Source: Geobacter sp. UBA4074 (lineage in GTDB: Bacteria > Desulfobacterota > Desulfuromonadia > Geobacterales > Pseudopelobacteraceae). From it: a stretch of DNA of 59,819 bases. The notes below the pieces were generated by a model. It saw nothing but the letters and a program-made list of their open reading frames with translations, was not told where the DNA came from and did not search any database. The DNA lies in the NCBI GenBank assembly GCA_002383415.1, contig DFYU01000117.1, forward strand, positions 18,292-78,110, in the 5' to 3' direction. This document shows positions 26,981 to 37,013 of the stretch, piece by piece; positions within the stretch are counted from its first letter, which is position 1; each line of letters opens with the position of its first letter. Made by a program: the position numbers and the translations under genes.

Positions 26981-29441
26981 CCTGTTTTCTCCCCGGCTTG
27001 CCGCCCTTTTGCTTGGCAGCGCCTTTTTTGTGCTTGGCGTCCTGCTTTTCCTCATCACGGTGCATGCGACTGAACATCTTACGCAGCGCCTGGGCCACCT
27101 GGTGGTAGACCGTTCCCTTGGGGAAGCGCCCGTTCTTGTCCGGCTCACCAGCCGGCATGCCGGTCAGCAACTCGATCCCCTGCTCAATGGTTTCAATGCT
27201 CCAGACATGGAACTGACCTTTTTTTACCGCCTCCAGCACCTCTTCCTTCAGCATCAGGTGGCGCTCGTTGGCCTTAGGGATCATCACCCCCTGGGTGCCG
27301 GTCAGCCCTTTGGCCTTGCAGACGGCGTAGAAGCCCTCTATCTTATGGTTTACCCCGCCGATCGGCTGGATCTTGCCACGCTGGTTGACGCTGCCGGTGA
27401 CGGCGATCCCCTGGCGGATCGGCACCCCGGACAAGGCCGACAGCAGGGCATACAGCTCGGTGGAGGAGGCGCTGTCCCCCTCGACCCCCTCGTAATTCTG
27501 CTCGAAACAGATCGACGCGGAGAGTGACAGCGGGTGCTGCTGGGCGAAGAGCCCCCCCAGCCAGCCGGTCAGAATCATGACCCCTTTGTCGTGGATCGGG
27601 CCGGACAGCTTGACCTCGCGCTCGATATTGACCATGCCGGCCTGCCCCAGGTAGGTACGGGCCGTGATCCGTGACGGGCGGCCAAAGGTGTGATCCCCCA
27701 GCGAAATCACCGACAGACCATTTATCTGGCCCACCACGGCGCCGTCGGTGTCCACCATGATCGTGCCGTCGTCGAACAGCTCCTGCATTCGTTCCTCAAT
27801 CCGGTTGACCCGGTAGAGTTGCTCCTCGGCGGCCCGCCGCACATCAGCGCATTTAACCACCTTGTGGCCATCCCGCTTAGCCCAGAAGCTGGCTTCCTGC
27901 ACGAAATCGGCGATCTCCATAAAGCGGGAGGAGAGCTTCTCCTGATCGTCCACCATGCGGGCGGTGTATTCCAGCAGACAGGCCACGGCGCTGCGGTCGA
28001 AGTGCAGCAGTTTTTTGTCACGGCAGAGGGTGGCCACAAACAGGGCGTACTCGTGCATTACCTCCGGCGTGCGGGCCACCCGACTGTCGAACTCAGCCTT
28101 GACCTTAAAGAACTTGCGGTAATCCGGGTCCTGGTAGTAGAGCAGGTAGTAGATCCAGGGAGTGCCCACCAGGACGATCTTGGCCGAGAGCGGCACCGGC
28201 TCGGGCTTTTGGGTGACCATGGTCATGAAACGGTACTGCTCCAGCACATCCTCGATCCGGATCTCGGCGGTGCGGATGCAGCGCTTCAGGGCGTCCCAGA
28301 CAAAGGGGTTGATCAGCACCTCACGGGCATCGATCACCAGGTAGCCGCCGTTGGCCCGGTGGAGGGCGCCGGCCTTGATCATAGTGAAATCAGTGGCCGC
28401 CACACCACCATACTGCATGACATGCTCGATCCGGCCAAACAGGTTATTGTAGGTGGGGTTGGGCTCAAAGACGATTGGTGCGCCGGCGGTCTCTTTATTG
28501 TCCACCAGCAGATTGACCTGGTACCGCTCGAAGCTGGGCTCCTGGCGGGGGATGCGCAGGCCGGGAATCTGGGGCTGTACTGGCTGAGGTTTGAAATCCT
28601 CAAGATTCTTGAGGATATCCTCCTGCACCGCATCAAGGTACTCCAGCACCTTGGACTGTCCGGCGTACTTCTCCCGCAGCGGGTCCAGGCGATGACCCAA
28701 GCAAGACATCCCCAGGTCGCGGTCAGCCTGGGAGAGGGCGTCCTTGGTAGCCTTTTCGTTCTCGCGCACCTGACGCAGCACCTCATTGAGGCGCTCGGTC
28801 AGCTGTTTGCCCAACTCCTCGATCTTTTCCCGCTCTTCCTCGGCAAGGGCCTCGTACTCTTCCTGGGAAAAATTGTGGTCGTCCTTCTGGGGCACGATCA
28901 CCAGGCCGGAAACGGTCCGCTGCAGGGCAAAGCCCTTCTCCTCGGCATCCTTTTCCAGCCCCTGAAACAGGTCATTGTTATTGATCTGGTACTGCTCCAG
29001 GATCTCGCTGCGCCGGGTCTCGTACTCGCGGCTCTCCAACGCCTTGGGTATATCCTTGCGAAATGCCTCCACCAACTCCTGCATGTCGGCAGCCAGTTCA
29101 GCGCCCTGGCCGGCTGGCAGGGACAATGACAGCGGGGCGTCGGCATCCTTGAAGTTAAAGACATAGACCCAATCGCAGGGTGTTGCCTCATGTTTGGCCC
29201 GCTGCCTGAGCAGGTTCCGGATGGTGGAGGTGCGACCGGTGCCGGTCTGTCCGGAGATATAGAGGTTGAAGCCGGTTTCCTGTACCCCCAGACCAAATTC
29301 GATCGACCGCAGGGCACGCTCCTGCCCCACCGCATCCACCAGATCCGGCAGTTCCTTGGTGGTCTTGAAGGTGAACTGTTTCGGATCGCAGCTCCAGCGT
29401 AGTTTTTCAACCGCTAGCCGGCACTCGTGGTGTACGGGCAT
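26970..29441 (-). CDS. Lon-like protease (LonC/S16 family, AAA_32)
   Basis: GQERA, GALHRANGGYL, EGDSAS catalytic Ser, GGVNHKIEGF catalytic Lys. Confidence 0.92.
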   Translation of the reverse strand: MPVHHECRLAVEKLRWSCDPKQFTFKTTKELPDLVDAVGQERALRSIEFGLGVQETGFNLYISGQTGTGRTSTIRNLLRQRAKHEATPCDWVYVFNFKDADAPLSLSLPAGQGAELAADMQELVEAFRKDIPKALESREYETRRSEILEQYQINNNDLFQGLEKDAEEKGFALQRTVSGLVIVPQKDDHNFSQEEYEALAEEEREKIEELGKQLTERLNEVLRQVRENEKATKDALSQADRDLGMSCLGHRLDPLREKYAGQSKVLEYLDAVQEDILKNLEDFKPQPVQPQIPGLRIPRQEPSFERYQVNLLVDNKETAGAPIVFEPNPTYNNLFGRIEHVMQYGGVAATDFTMIKAGALHRANGGYLVIDAREVLINPFVWDALKRCIRTAEIRIEDVLEQYRFMTMVTQKPEPVPLSAKIVLVGTPWIYYLLYYQDPDYRKFFKVKAEFDSRVARTPEVMHEYALFVATLCRDKKLLHFDRSAVACLLEYTARMVDDQEKLSSRFMEIADFVQEASFWAKRDGHKVVKCADVRRAAEEQLYRVNRIEERMQELFDDGTIMVDTDGAVVGQINGLSVISLGDHTFGRPSRITARTYLGQAGMVNIEREVKLSGPIHDKGVMILTGWLGGLFAQQHPLSLSASICFEQNYEGVEGDSASSTELYALLSALSGVPIRQGIAVTGSVNQRGKIQPIGGVNHKIEGFYAVCKAKGLTGTQGVMIPKANERHLMLKEEVLEAVKKGQFHVWSIETIEQGIELLTGMPAGEPDKNGRFPKGTVYHQVAQALRKMFSRMHRDEEKQDAKHKKGAAKQKGGKPGRKQDEY

Positions 29442-29506
29442 GGCCCCTCCTTGGGTCGTAGCTACTATCGTAAACGTCTCATGTGTATCAAGCAGCAGCC
29501 GTCACG

Positions 29507-30739
29507 CTAGCGTCGGCCATGCAGGCTGACCTGGTTGCGGCCACTGTTCTTGGCCTTGTAGAGTGCCTGGTCGGCTGCCTTGATCACCTCAGCCGGCGTG
29601 CTGAGGTTGGGGCTTGACTCGGCCACGCCGATGCTGACCGTGACCGATACATCGCGTTGCGAGCGGACATTGCAGCGACGGCCCTCTCCTGCCTGGTCGT
29701 TTTTGGGACGATCATCGCCGCGCAGGCTCATCACATAGTCGGCAATGTTCTGCCGCAGCCGCTCCAGGTGGGGAGCTACATCCTTGGCGGTTTTGCCGGG
29801 AAACAACACGGTGAACTCTTCACCGCCATAGCGAAACGAACGACCGCCTCCGGAGACGTACATCATACGCTGGGCTACCATCTTCAGCACCTGGTCGCCC
29901 ACATCGTGACCGTAGGTGTCGTTGAAACGCTTAAAATGGTCAACATCAACCATGGCGATGGCATAACGGCTACCCAGACCGGGCAGTTGCTCGTTCAGGG
30001 CACGACGGGACGGCAGACCGGTCAGATCGTCACGGAAGGCCATGTTATGGGACTCCTGCACTACCGCCAGCTGCATGATCAACAGCGCTGCCCCGCTGAA
30101 CAGGGCCGGCACATAGGGCGCCCCGGACCAGTTGAGCAGCACAAAGAAGGCCACTCCAACGCCAAACAGCCCCCCCTCAATCGGCGACCGGCGTGTGATG
30201 CCACGAATGCATGACAGCAGGGTGGCTGCCAGCAGCAGCAGCAGGCTGGCCTGGGGAACGGCCAGATAGTCGTGCAGCGGCCAGCTTACCAGCGGCCGGG
30301 TCAGCTCCAGCCAAAGGGTCTGACTCTGTTCCTTCAGGGTCAGCCAGAGCACAAACAGCTGCACCCCCAGGAAGAAAAAACGCATCCTGCTGGCGTTACT
30401 GAAGATCCCCTTTTCCCGCATCAAGACCACCAGCAGCAGGTTAAACGGCAGTAGTACCGCCAGGGCGCTGGTTACCAGGTAGGCCTGCGGGGTATCGGCG
30501 GCACCGTCCAGATAGGTGGTCAGCAGGTAGTAGCTGAGGGCAGTCAGCAACAACAGCAGACAGATACGGCCACGGCGGAAGTGAAAACTGAGCAGCAGGC
30601 CGCCCGCTGTCAACAGATAGGGGGACAGCATCAGCAGGTCCTGACGGGTTGGCGTCAGCAAAGGGGCGCGTGGCAGCAGCCACCAGGCGGCTACCAGGAT
30701 GAGACTCGGAATACCAAGTGGTGAGATGGCTCGGAGCAT
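29507..30739 (-). CDS. Membrane-bound diguanylate cyclase (GGDEF)
   Basis: Multiple TMs, DDLTGL, DVDHFKRFNDTYGH..GD, RYGGEEF. Confidence 0.93.
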   Translation of the reverse strand: MLRAISPLGIPSLILVAAWWLLPRAPLLTPTRQDLLMLSPYLLTAGGLLLSFHFRRGRICLLLLLTALSYYLLTTYLDGAADTPQAYLVTSALAVLLPFNLLLVVLMREKGIFSNASRMRFFFLGVQLFVLWLTLKEQSQTLWLELTRPLVSWPLHDYLAVPQASLLLLLAATLLSCIRGITRRSPIEGGLFGVGVAFFVLLNWSGAPYVPALFSGAALLIMQLAVVQESHNMAFRDDLTGLPSRRALNEQLPGLGSRYAIAMVDVDHFKRFNDTYGHDVGDQVLKMVAQRMMYVSGGGRSFRYGGEEFTVLFPGKTAKDVAPHLERLRQNIADYVMSLRGDDRPKNDQAGEGRRCNVRSQRDVSVTVSIGVAESSPNLSTPAEVIKAADQALYKAKNSGRNQVSLHGRR

Positions 30740-30780
30740 GGAGGGCAAACCTTACCACAGAATCTACGGTCAGGGAATGG

Positions 30781-31569
30781 CTATCGCTCGGCCATCAGCC
30801 TGACATGTTGTACAGCGCGATGGATCGCCTCGTCGAGACCGGCAGCGGGAGGCAGCAGTGCCGCGAGCTTGGTCAGATAGCACCGCTGCTGCAGCAGGCG
30901 GAAGGCGCTGGGGACGTTCAGGTCATAAGCCCAGGATATCTGCAAAAGAATGAAGTCGTTCAGAACGCGTACCGTATCCAGCCGTACCACCTCGCCGGCC
31001 TGCAGGGCGGCCAGGCACTCGGCGGTAATCTCATCAGCCTGATCCGGCAAGCCCAAGCCAACCGCAGAGGCCCGCTCAGCCGGTGGCTGCTGGAAATACT
31101 CCTCAAAAACCCGCCAGATGTCGAGCTTATCGGCGTCACGAATCAGACGGATGTAACGGTCGGTGGGCGATTTGAACTGCGACGGCACAGCCAGCAGATT
31201 GTGAAAGCGAACCGCCTCTTCAATCAACAGCTGATCTTCAGGGCCAAGCCTTTGTAACACCTGCTGTTGGCGGATCACTTCCAACCCCAGGCGGGCGTGA
31301 TTATCTGACTCGCTGTCGCGAAAGGTGCGCCAACGGCGGTACTGGGGAAAGCGGCCAACGTCGTGCAAGAGCGCTACGGCACGGGCCAGACAGGTCTCGG
31401 ATGCTGTCAACCGCTCACCAACGGCCAGCAGCCCCATCACCTCCACCACCTTGGCGGTGTGTTCCTGCTTGAGGCGGATATTCTTCAATCCTTCCGGGTC
31501 CAGATCGAGGTAACCGTTCAGATACCCATCAAACCAGGCCTGTATCTGCTCAAGGTCGGCCTGCTGCAC
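30781..31569 (-). CDS. HD-domain phosphohydrolase
   Basis: KQEHT..V, LLHDVGRF.Q, NHA, RDADKLDI; GTG start abutting ubiE stop. Confidence 0.88.
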   Translation of the reverse strand: MQQADLEQIQAWFDGYLNGYLDLDPEGLKNIRLKQEHTAKVVEVMGLLAVGERLTASETCLARAVALLHDVGRFPQYRRWRTFRDSESDNHARLGLEVIRQQQVLQRLGPEDQLLIEEAVRFHNLLAVPSQFKSPTDRYIRLIRDADKLDIWRVFEEYFQQPPAERASAVGLGLPDQADEITAECLAALQAGEVVRLDTVRVLNDFILLQISWAYDLNVPSAFRLLQQRCYLTKLAALLPPAAGLDEAIHRAVQHVRLMAER

Positions 31570-32279
31570 TAGTCCTTGGTTCCGGTGTAGATAGAGGCGA
31601 TACCGAAGGTCAGCGGCTGGCAGCGTACGTTTTTCAAGCCGATCTCGGTCATGGTGCGGCAAAACTCTTCGCTGGAAGGAAACTCCAGCACTGAATCAGG
31701 CAGGTACTTATAGGCGTTGTACTTGGAAAACAGGCCACCGATCACCGGCAGCACCCGCAGGAAGTAAAAATGATACAGGGCGCGGAACAGGGCCGAGCGG
31801 GGTACGGAAAACTCAAGGATCACCATCCGGCCAGCCGGCTTCAGCACCCGCCACATCTCGGCCAGCCCCAAACGACGGTCAACGACATTACGAATACCAA
31901 AGGCGATGGTTACCGAATCGAAGGTGTCGGAGGGAAACGGCAGGTCTTCGCAGGGGGCCACCCGCAGGTCAATCCGTTTGTTGAATGGGGAGGCAGCCAC
32001 CTTCTCTTCGCCCAGCCGCACCATCTCGGGGCTGAAATCGGCGCCGGTGATCCTGACCGAGGCAGGGGTTGCCTTGGCAATCTCCAGCGCCAGGTCGCCG
32101 GTGCCGGTGGCCACATCCAGCACCCGCCCGTTTTCCGTTGCTTTGATCAGCCGGACAGCGGCCTTACGCCAGCGCTTATCTATGCCGAGACTCAGCAGGT
32201 GGTTGAGAAAATCGTACCGCGGCGCAATGGCGCCAAACATCTGCTGGATCTGCTCACCCTTTTCGGAAAGTCTGAACAT
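31569..32279 (-). CDS. ubiE: Demethylmenaquinone methyltransferase UbiE/MenG
   Basis: MF..IAPRYDFLN.LLS.G.D..WR, LDVATGTGD, TIAFGIRNV, Y.YL..S. Confidence 0.95.
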   Translation of the reverse strand: MFRLSEKGEQIQQMFGAIAPRYDFLNHLLSLGIDKRWRKAAVRLIKATENGRVLDVATGTGDLALEIAKATPASVRITGADFSPEMVRLGEEKVAASPFNKRIDLRVAPCEDLPFPSDTFDSVTIAFGIRNVVDRRLGLAEMWRVLKPAGRMVILEFSVPRSALFRALYHFYFLRVLPVIGGLFSKYNAYKYLPDSVLEFPSSEEFCRTMTEIGLKNVRCQPLTFGIASIYTGTKD

Positions 32280-32375
32280 GGTTTTTCACTATCCTTGAAC
32301 ATGATTTACTGCTATATAATCAGCCCTGTTTTCCTAGCACAGATCCTGCGTCACGCCAACAGAATTCCAGCTGCC

Positions 32376-33524
32376 ATGCCCTCAATCGGCCTCAAAGACA
32401 TACTCGACATCCTGATCATGAGCGTCCTGGTCTACCAGCTCTACAGCTGGTTCCGACGTAGCCGTGCCATTCAGGTACTGGCCGGCCTCGGTGTAGTGAT
32501 CGCCTTCTTTTTTGTGACGCGCCAGACCGGCCTCCAGATGACCAGCTGGGTACTGCAGCAGCTGGAAACGGTGATGATTGTGCTGGTGGTGGTGGTATTC
32601 CAAAACGAGATCCGCCAGGCACTGTACCGCTTCAGCCTGTTACGGGAGCTGCTCGGCACCAGCACCCAGCCCCCCAGCAGCAGCCCCGCCCTGATCAGCG
32701 AAGCGGTCTTTGAACTCGCCGCAGCACGGACCGGCGCTCTGCTGGTCTTCGAACGTCAGGATCGACTGGACGAGCATCTGCTGCACGGCACAACCCTTGA
32801 TGCACAAATCTCAGTGCCGCTGCTGCGCAACCTGTTCCACAACGGCAGCCCGCTCCACGACGGCGCCGTGCTGATCCGCGACGAACGGATCGTGCAGGCG
32901 GCCTGCCTGCTGCCGCTGTCTGACTCCTCCAACCTGCCGCAGCAGTACGGCACGCGCCATCGTGCGGCCCTGGGGGTGACTGAACGGAGCGATGCCCTTG
33001 TGCTGGTAGTGTCTGAAGAGCGGGGCCAGGTTTCGCTGGCCATCGGCGATCAGCTGCAACCGATACGCAGCCCCGAAGTCCTAAAAAAACGCCTTGAGCA
33101 GCTTTTGACTCCCCAGTCTGCGCGCCAGCGGATTCCGCTTGGCAGACGCCTGTTCGGCGACCTGGTGCCAAAAATTGTCACTCTGCTGGGGGTCACCGCC
33201 ATCTGGCTGGTACTTGCCGCACGGCCGGGAGAAGTGGCCATCGTACCTGCCACGCTCACCTTCCATGGCCTGCCGGACGGCATGGCGCTGGTCCGTTCCC
33301 ACCCCGAAGAAGTAACCGTCCGCGTCCGTTCCAGCTCAGGGCTGGCACCCTCCCCCCGACAACTGGACCTGACCGCCGACCTGGACCTTTCCGACGTTGC
33401 AGTCGGGAACAATACGCTACGGCTCACCGTTGCCCAGGTCCGTGCGCCATCCGGCGTGGCCGTGGTAGGCGTCGAACCCTCCAGCGTCAGGGTGACTATC
33501 CGCTTCGCCCCCAAGAAAAAATAA
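32376..33524 (+). CDS. cdaA: Diadenylate cyclase CdaA with fused C-terminal YbbR (CdaR-like) domain
   Basis: Three N-terminal TMs, FQNEIR, LHDGAV, GTRHRAA, VSEERG; further TM plus YbbR-like tail. Confidence 0.9.
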   Translation: MPSIGLKDILDILIMSVLVYQLYSWFRRSRAIQVLAGLGVVIAFFFVTRQTGLQMTSWVLQQLETVMIVLVVVVFQNEIRQALYRFSLLRELLGTSTQPPSSSPALISEAVFELAAARTGALLVFERQDRLDEHLLHGTTLDAQISVPLLRNLFHNGSPLHDGAVLIRDERIVQAACLLPLSDSSNLPQQYGTRHRAALGVTERSDALVLVVSEERGQVSLAIGDQLQPIRSPEVLKKRLEQLLTPQSARQRIPLGRRLFGDLVPKIVTLLGVTAIWLVLAARPGEVAIVPATLTFHGLPDGMALVRSHPEEVTVRVRSSSGLAPSPRQLDLTADLDLSDVAVGNNTLRLTVAQVRAPSGVAVVGVEPSSVRVTIRFAPKKK

Positions 33525-33647
33525 AATTTATTAACATTGGCACATTTAGTGCTTACAGAAAGCCTGTTTTTTGCTTGACCCATACCTGCATATTGTTGTA
33601 TTAGACAAACTGTTGTTTTAAAAAACGCAAGACGGAAAGGAGGAACA

Positions 33648-34697
33648 ATGAAGCATACTGTACGCCTGATAGTCGCTGTATGCCTGCTAAACCTGACTCT
33701 TCCGCTCGCTGCGTTCGCCTCAAAGACCCACGTTGTCACCCGCTCCGGCGAAACGTTGCAGAGCATTGCTCGCAAATATCACGTCTCGGTCAATGAACTG
33801 AAATCAGTCAACTCCCTGAGCAGCAGCAAACTGCGTAAGGGCGACAGCCTGATTATACCCACTCAGGCCGCTGCCGCCTCCAAGCCCCTCGAAAACTGCA
33901 GCACCTACAAGGTGACCAGGGGCGACACCCTGTTTTCCATTGCTCGCAAGACCGGTGTTAAAGTAGCCGTACTACGCAAGACTAACCGCCTGAAGGGCAA
34001 CCGGATCAAGCCGGGACAGATTCTGGCCCTGGGTGTCACCGACGACAGCAATCAGTGCGACCTGCCCACCAAAACTGCCTCTGCACAGCGTCTGCGCCTG
34101 ATTAACAAAGATCTGCTCAACGACCAAGAACTATCAGACACCCTGGCAGAACTGACGGATATCGACACCGATCAGCCGGTGGATCTGGCCAAAAACCTGG
34201 AAAGCTCACAGGCCTTCGCCGATCTGCAAAAATCAGCCTTCAGCTTTCTGGGCGCCCGCTACCGCTTCGGCGGCAACAGCCCGACGGCCCTGGACTGTTC
34301 CAGCTTCACCCAACAGGTATTCCGTCTACAGGACATTAACCTGCCGCGCACCGCCCGCGAACAGTTCCGGGTTGGTGACGAGGTGGGTCAGGGCGATCTG
34401 CGGCGCGGCGACTTGGTCTTTTTCAGGACGTACGCCCGTTACGCCTCCCATGTTGGCATCTACCTGGGCAATCGCAAGATGATCCACGCCTCCTCCAGCC
34501 ACCGCCGTGTCGTGATCTCTTCCATGGATACGCCCTATTACCTGTCGCGTTACCTGGGTGCCCGTCGTTTTGACAAAGTGTCACCGGCAAGCCTGGACCT
34601 CGACAGCCTGATCCTGGAAGCTGACGAAGAACTGGATGCCGATTCCCTGACCAACGACCACCTGGGCGTGGGTCTGCCGGCAGCGCGCCTTAACTAA
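33648..34697 (+). CDS. LysM-LysM-NlpC/P60 peptidoglycan endopeptidase
   Basis: Signal peptide, two LysM repeats, DCSSF/HVGIY/IHAS catalytic motifs. Confidence 0.93.
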   Translation: MKHTVRLIVAVCLLNLTLPLAAFASKTHVVTRSGETLQSIARKYHVSVNELKSVNSLSSSKLRKGDSLIIPTQAAAASKPLENCSTYKVTRGDTLFSIARKTGVKVAVLRKTNRLKGNRIKPGQILALGVTDDSNQCDLPTKTASAQRLRLINKDLLNDQELSDTLAELTDIDTDQPVDLAKNLESSQAFADLQKSAFSFLGARYRFGGNSPTALDCSSFTQQVFRLQDINLPRTAREQFRVGDEVGQGDLRRGDLVFFRTYARYASHVGIYLGNRKMIHASSSHRRVVISSMDTPYYLSRYLGARRFDKVSPASLDLDSLILEADEELDADSLTNDHLGVGLPAARLN

Positions 34698-34762
34698 CCG
34701 CATGTTTCGCCCCTAACCCGACCGGGCTCCTGTACGAGCCCGGATTTTTTTTGCCCACCACC

Positions 34763-36310
34763 ATGAGAATCCTGCTCGCCTATAGCTCCGGAACCACCTT
34801 AGCGGATGAATCAACCACCTTCACCGATCTGCTGCCGATCGGTCTTTGCTCACTGCATGCCGTGCTGCGCGACAAGGGCATAGATGCCCATCTGGCCAAT
34901 CTATCAGGCATGGACGAGGCGCAGATAACCGAGCTATTCAAACGACTATCCCCGGATCTGTTCGGCTTCTCCCAGTGGACCCATAATCGTCACACCACGC
35001 TGCAGCTGGCCCGGCTGGCGAAGCAACGCCATCCGCAATCGCTGGTGATTGCAGGCGGCGGCCATGCCACCCATCAGGCCGAATTACTGTTGGCGTCACA
35101 TCCTGAACTGGATCTGATTGTGGCCGGGGAAGGTGAAACAACCCTGCTGGAACTGATTGAGGCCCGGGACTCCGGACGCCCACTCAGCGAGATACCGGGC
35201 CTGGTACTACGGCATGGACAGACGGTTATCAGGACAGCAGCCCGTAGCCGCATCAGGGACCTGGACAGCCTGCCCTACCCCAGTCGCTATCTGCATGAGG
35301 CGATCGGGGTGGATCTCGACCTGCAGCCGCAATTCATCAGCACCTCACGGGGCTGCCCTTCAGCCTGCCACTTCTGCGCCTCACCAAGCTTCTGGGGACG
35401 GGCTGTCCGCACCCGCTCACCGGCCTCAGTGGTGGATGAGTTTCTGTTCCTGAAAGACCGGTTTGGCATGCTGTACCTCTCGCTGCGCGACGACACCTTC
35501 ACGGCCGACCGCCGGCGCACCATTGAGCTCTGCCAACTGCTGCTTGAACGGAAGGCAGGCATGTTCTGGAACTGTCAGACCAGGGTTGAGGCGGTGGATG
35601 AAGAGGTATTAAGCTGGATGAAGCGGGCGGGCTGCGAGTGTGTTCAACTGGGGGTCGAGTCAGGCTCGCCCCGCATCCTGCAGCAACTTGGCAAGCGGAT
35701 CACTCCGCAGCAGGTGGTGGCGGCTTGCGACGCGGTGCATCGTGTGGGACTACAGTTATCGGTCTACCTGATCGCCGGCGTACCTGGTGAGACGGACCAG
35801 GACCGGCAGGCGACCCGACAGCTTTTACAGCGGATCAAACCCCACGACCTGCAGGTGGCCCCGCTGGCCTATTACCCAGGCACGTCACTCTATAGCGACG
35901 CTTTACGTCACCAGCAGGTTGGGCCCGATCTGTTTGAACGTCGGCAGAGTGACGCCCTGCTGGCGCTGCCGGACGGTAACCAGTGGGCAGCGCGACTGCT
36001 TCGTGTTGGAAGTGGCCTGGCTCCAACGACAACGATGCGCACCATCAAGCAACAGAAAGAACGAATGGGCTACTGTGCCGTAACCTGTCTGCAGGCGGGC
36101 GATTATCATCTGCAACGGGGCGACTGGCAGCACGCCGAACAGGAATATCGAGAGATTACCGCTCATGAACCCGAGCACCCCTGGGGCTGGCTGCTGCTGG
36201 CGGAGCTGTACGACCAGACCGGCCACCAGACGCAGGCCCGCTCTTGCTACCACAAAGTTGTTCAGCTGATGCCGCGCCACCGTCAATCGCTCAAGGCCCT
36301 TGCTGACTAG
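34763..36310 (+). CDS. B12-binding radical SAM protein with C-terminal TPR
   Basis: GGGHAT, GEGE, SRGCPSACHFC, GVESGS; TPR-like helices at C-terminus. Confidence 0.9.
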   Translation: MRILLAYSSGTTLADESTTFTDLLPIGLCSLHAVLRDKGIDAHLANLSGMDEAQITELFKRLSPDLFGFSQWTHNRHTTLQLARLAKQRHPQSLVIAGGGHATHQAELLLASHPELDLIVAGEGETTLLELIEARDSGRPLSEIPGLVLRHGQTVIRTAARSRIRDLDSLPYPSRYLHEAIGVDLDLQPQFISTSRGCPSACHFCASPSFWGRAVRTRSPASVVDEFLFLKDRFGMLYLSLRDDTFTADRRRTIELCQLLLERKAGMFWNCQTRVEAVDEEVLSWMKRAGCECVQLGVESGSPRILQQLGKRITPQQVVAACDAVHRVGLQLSVYLIAGVPGETDQDRQATRQLLQRIKPHDLQVAPLAYYPGTSLYSDALRHQQVGPDLFERRQSDALLALPDGNQWAARLLRVGSGLAPTTTMRTIKQQKERMGYCAVTCLQAGDYHLQRGDWQHAEQEYREITAHEPEHPWGWLLLAELYDQTGHQTQARSCYHKVVQLMPRHRQSLKALAD

Positions 36311-36317
36311 ATTGAAT

Positions 36318-36354
36318 AAAAAAAGACGACAACCTGATGGTTGCCGCCTTTTTG
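36318..36354. terminator. Bidirectional terminator-like hairpin
   Basis: AAAAAGACGACAACC-TGAT-GGTTGCCGCCTTTTTG between convergent genes. Confidence 0.7.
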
Positions 36355-36376
36355 TGGACACCTCTGTACCAGGGAA

Positions 36377-36841
36377 CTACTTGACCACCTCAACTGCCGA
36401 GGTCAACACCAGGGCATCAAAGGTGCGGTTCAGGGTCTTGCTGGGAAAATTGGGCAGGGCCGGAGCATCGGCATACTTGACCTTGTCGCCCTTAGCCACC
36501 TTCATCGGCAGGGCAGCCACCCAGACCTTCTTGCCATCGTCATGCTGCACTTCCATATAGATGTACTGACCGCCGTCCAGCATCTCCAGCACCTTGCCGC
36601 TCTTGGTGGGCACGCCTGCCGGAATTGCCATCGGTTTCAGACCGGCATGGGGGTCACCCTTGGCAGCATCAGACGGCATGGCAGCTTTACCGTCAGCAGC
36701 AGGCATACCACCCACCGGGGGATGGCCAGCCGGCAGGGCACCAGCCGTCTGTTGGTTGGTGGGGGCTTCGGTCTTTGGTTTGTCCTGGCAACCTGCCAGG
36801 GCCAAAGCAGCAATCATCATCGCAACAACTGTTGTTTTCAC
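36377..36841 (-). CDS. Lipoprotein with His/Pro-rich linker and OB-fold-like C-terminal domain
   Basis: LAGC lipobox; LPAGHPP and DPHAG; GKVLE......Y.Y and F.SKTL.RTF. Confidence 0.75.
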   Translation of the reverse strand: MKTTVVAMMIAALALAGCQDKPKTEAPTNQQTAGALPAGHPPVGGMPAADGKAAMPSDAAKGDPHAGLKPMAIPAGVPTKSGKVLEMLDGGQYIYMEVQHDDGKKVWVAALPMKVAKGDKVKYADAPALPNFPSKTLNRTFDALVLTSAVEVVK

Positions 36842-37013
36842 CTGTTTCCTCCTCATTTGTGTAAAAAAGTAATGTTCGCAGGCTACCACACCTGCCCATA
36901 ACAATACAAGACAAAGCAAAACGCCGCTTACCGGCTACCAAGATTGTCAGGCGGCTATTTTGTGGTATACCCCTCTGAAAGACGTTAACCAGTCCAGCAG
37001 CAGGAGGCAGACC

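Noticed and set aside
27690..29129. 479-aa plus-strand ORF and similar long antisense ORFs (6630-7847, 23671-24747, 47816-48994, 39556-40530)
   Set aside because: They lie opposite well-supported genes, show no motifs, and are expected in high-GC coding DNA.
31770..32375. N-terminal extension of the 584-aa ORF
   Set aside because: Antisense to ubiE; CdaA homology begins near ATG 32376.
33525..33647. c-di-AMP (ydaO) riboswitch upstream of the NlpC/P60 gene
   Set aside because: AT-rich promoter-like DNA lacking GCTGAATCC/GGAAC conserved elements.
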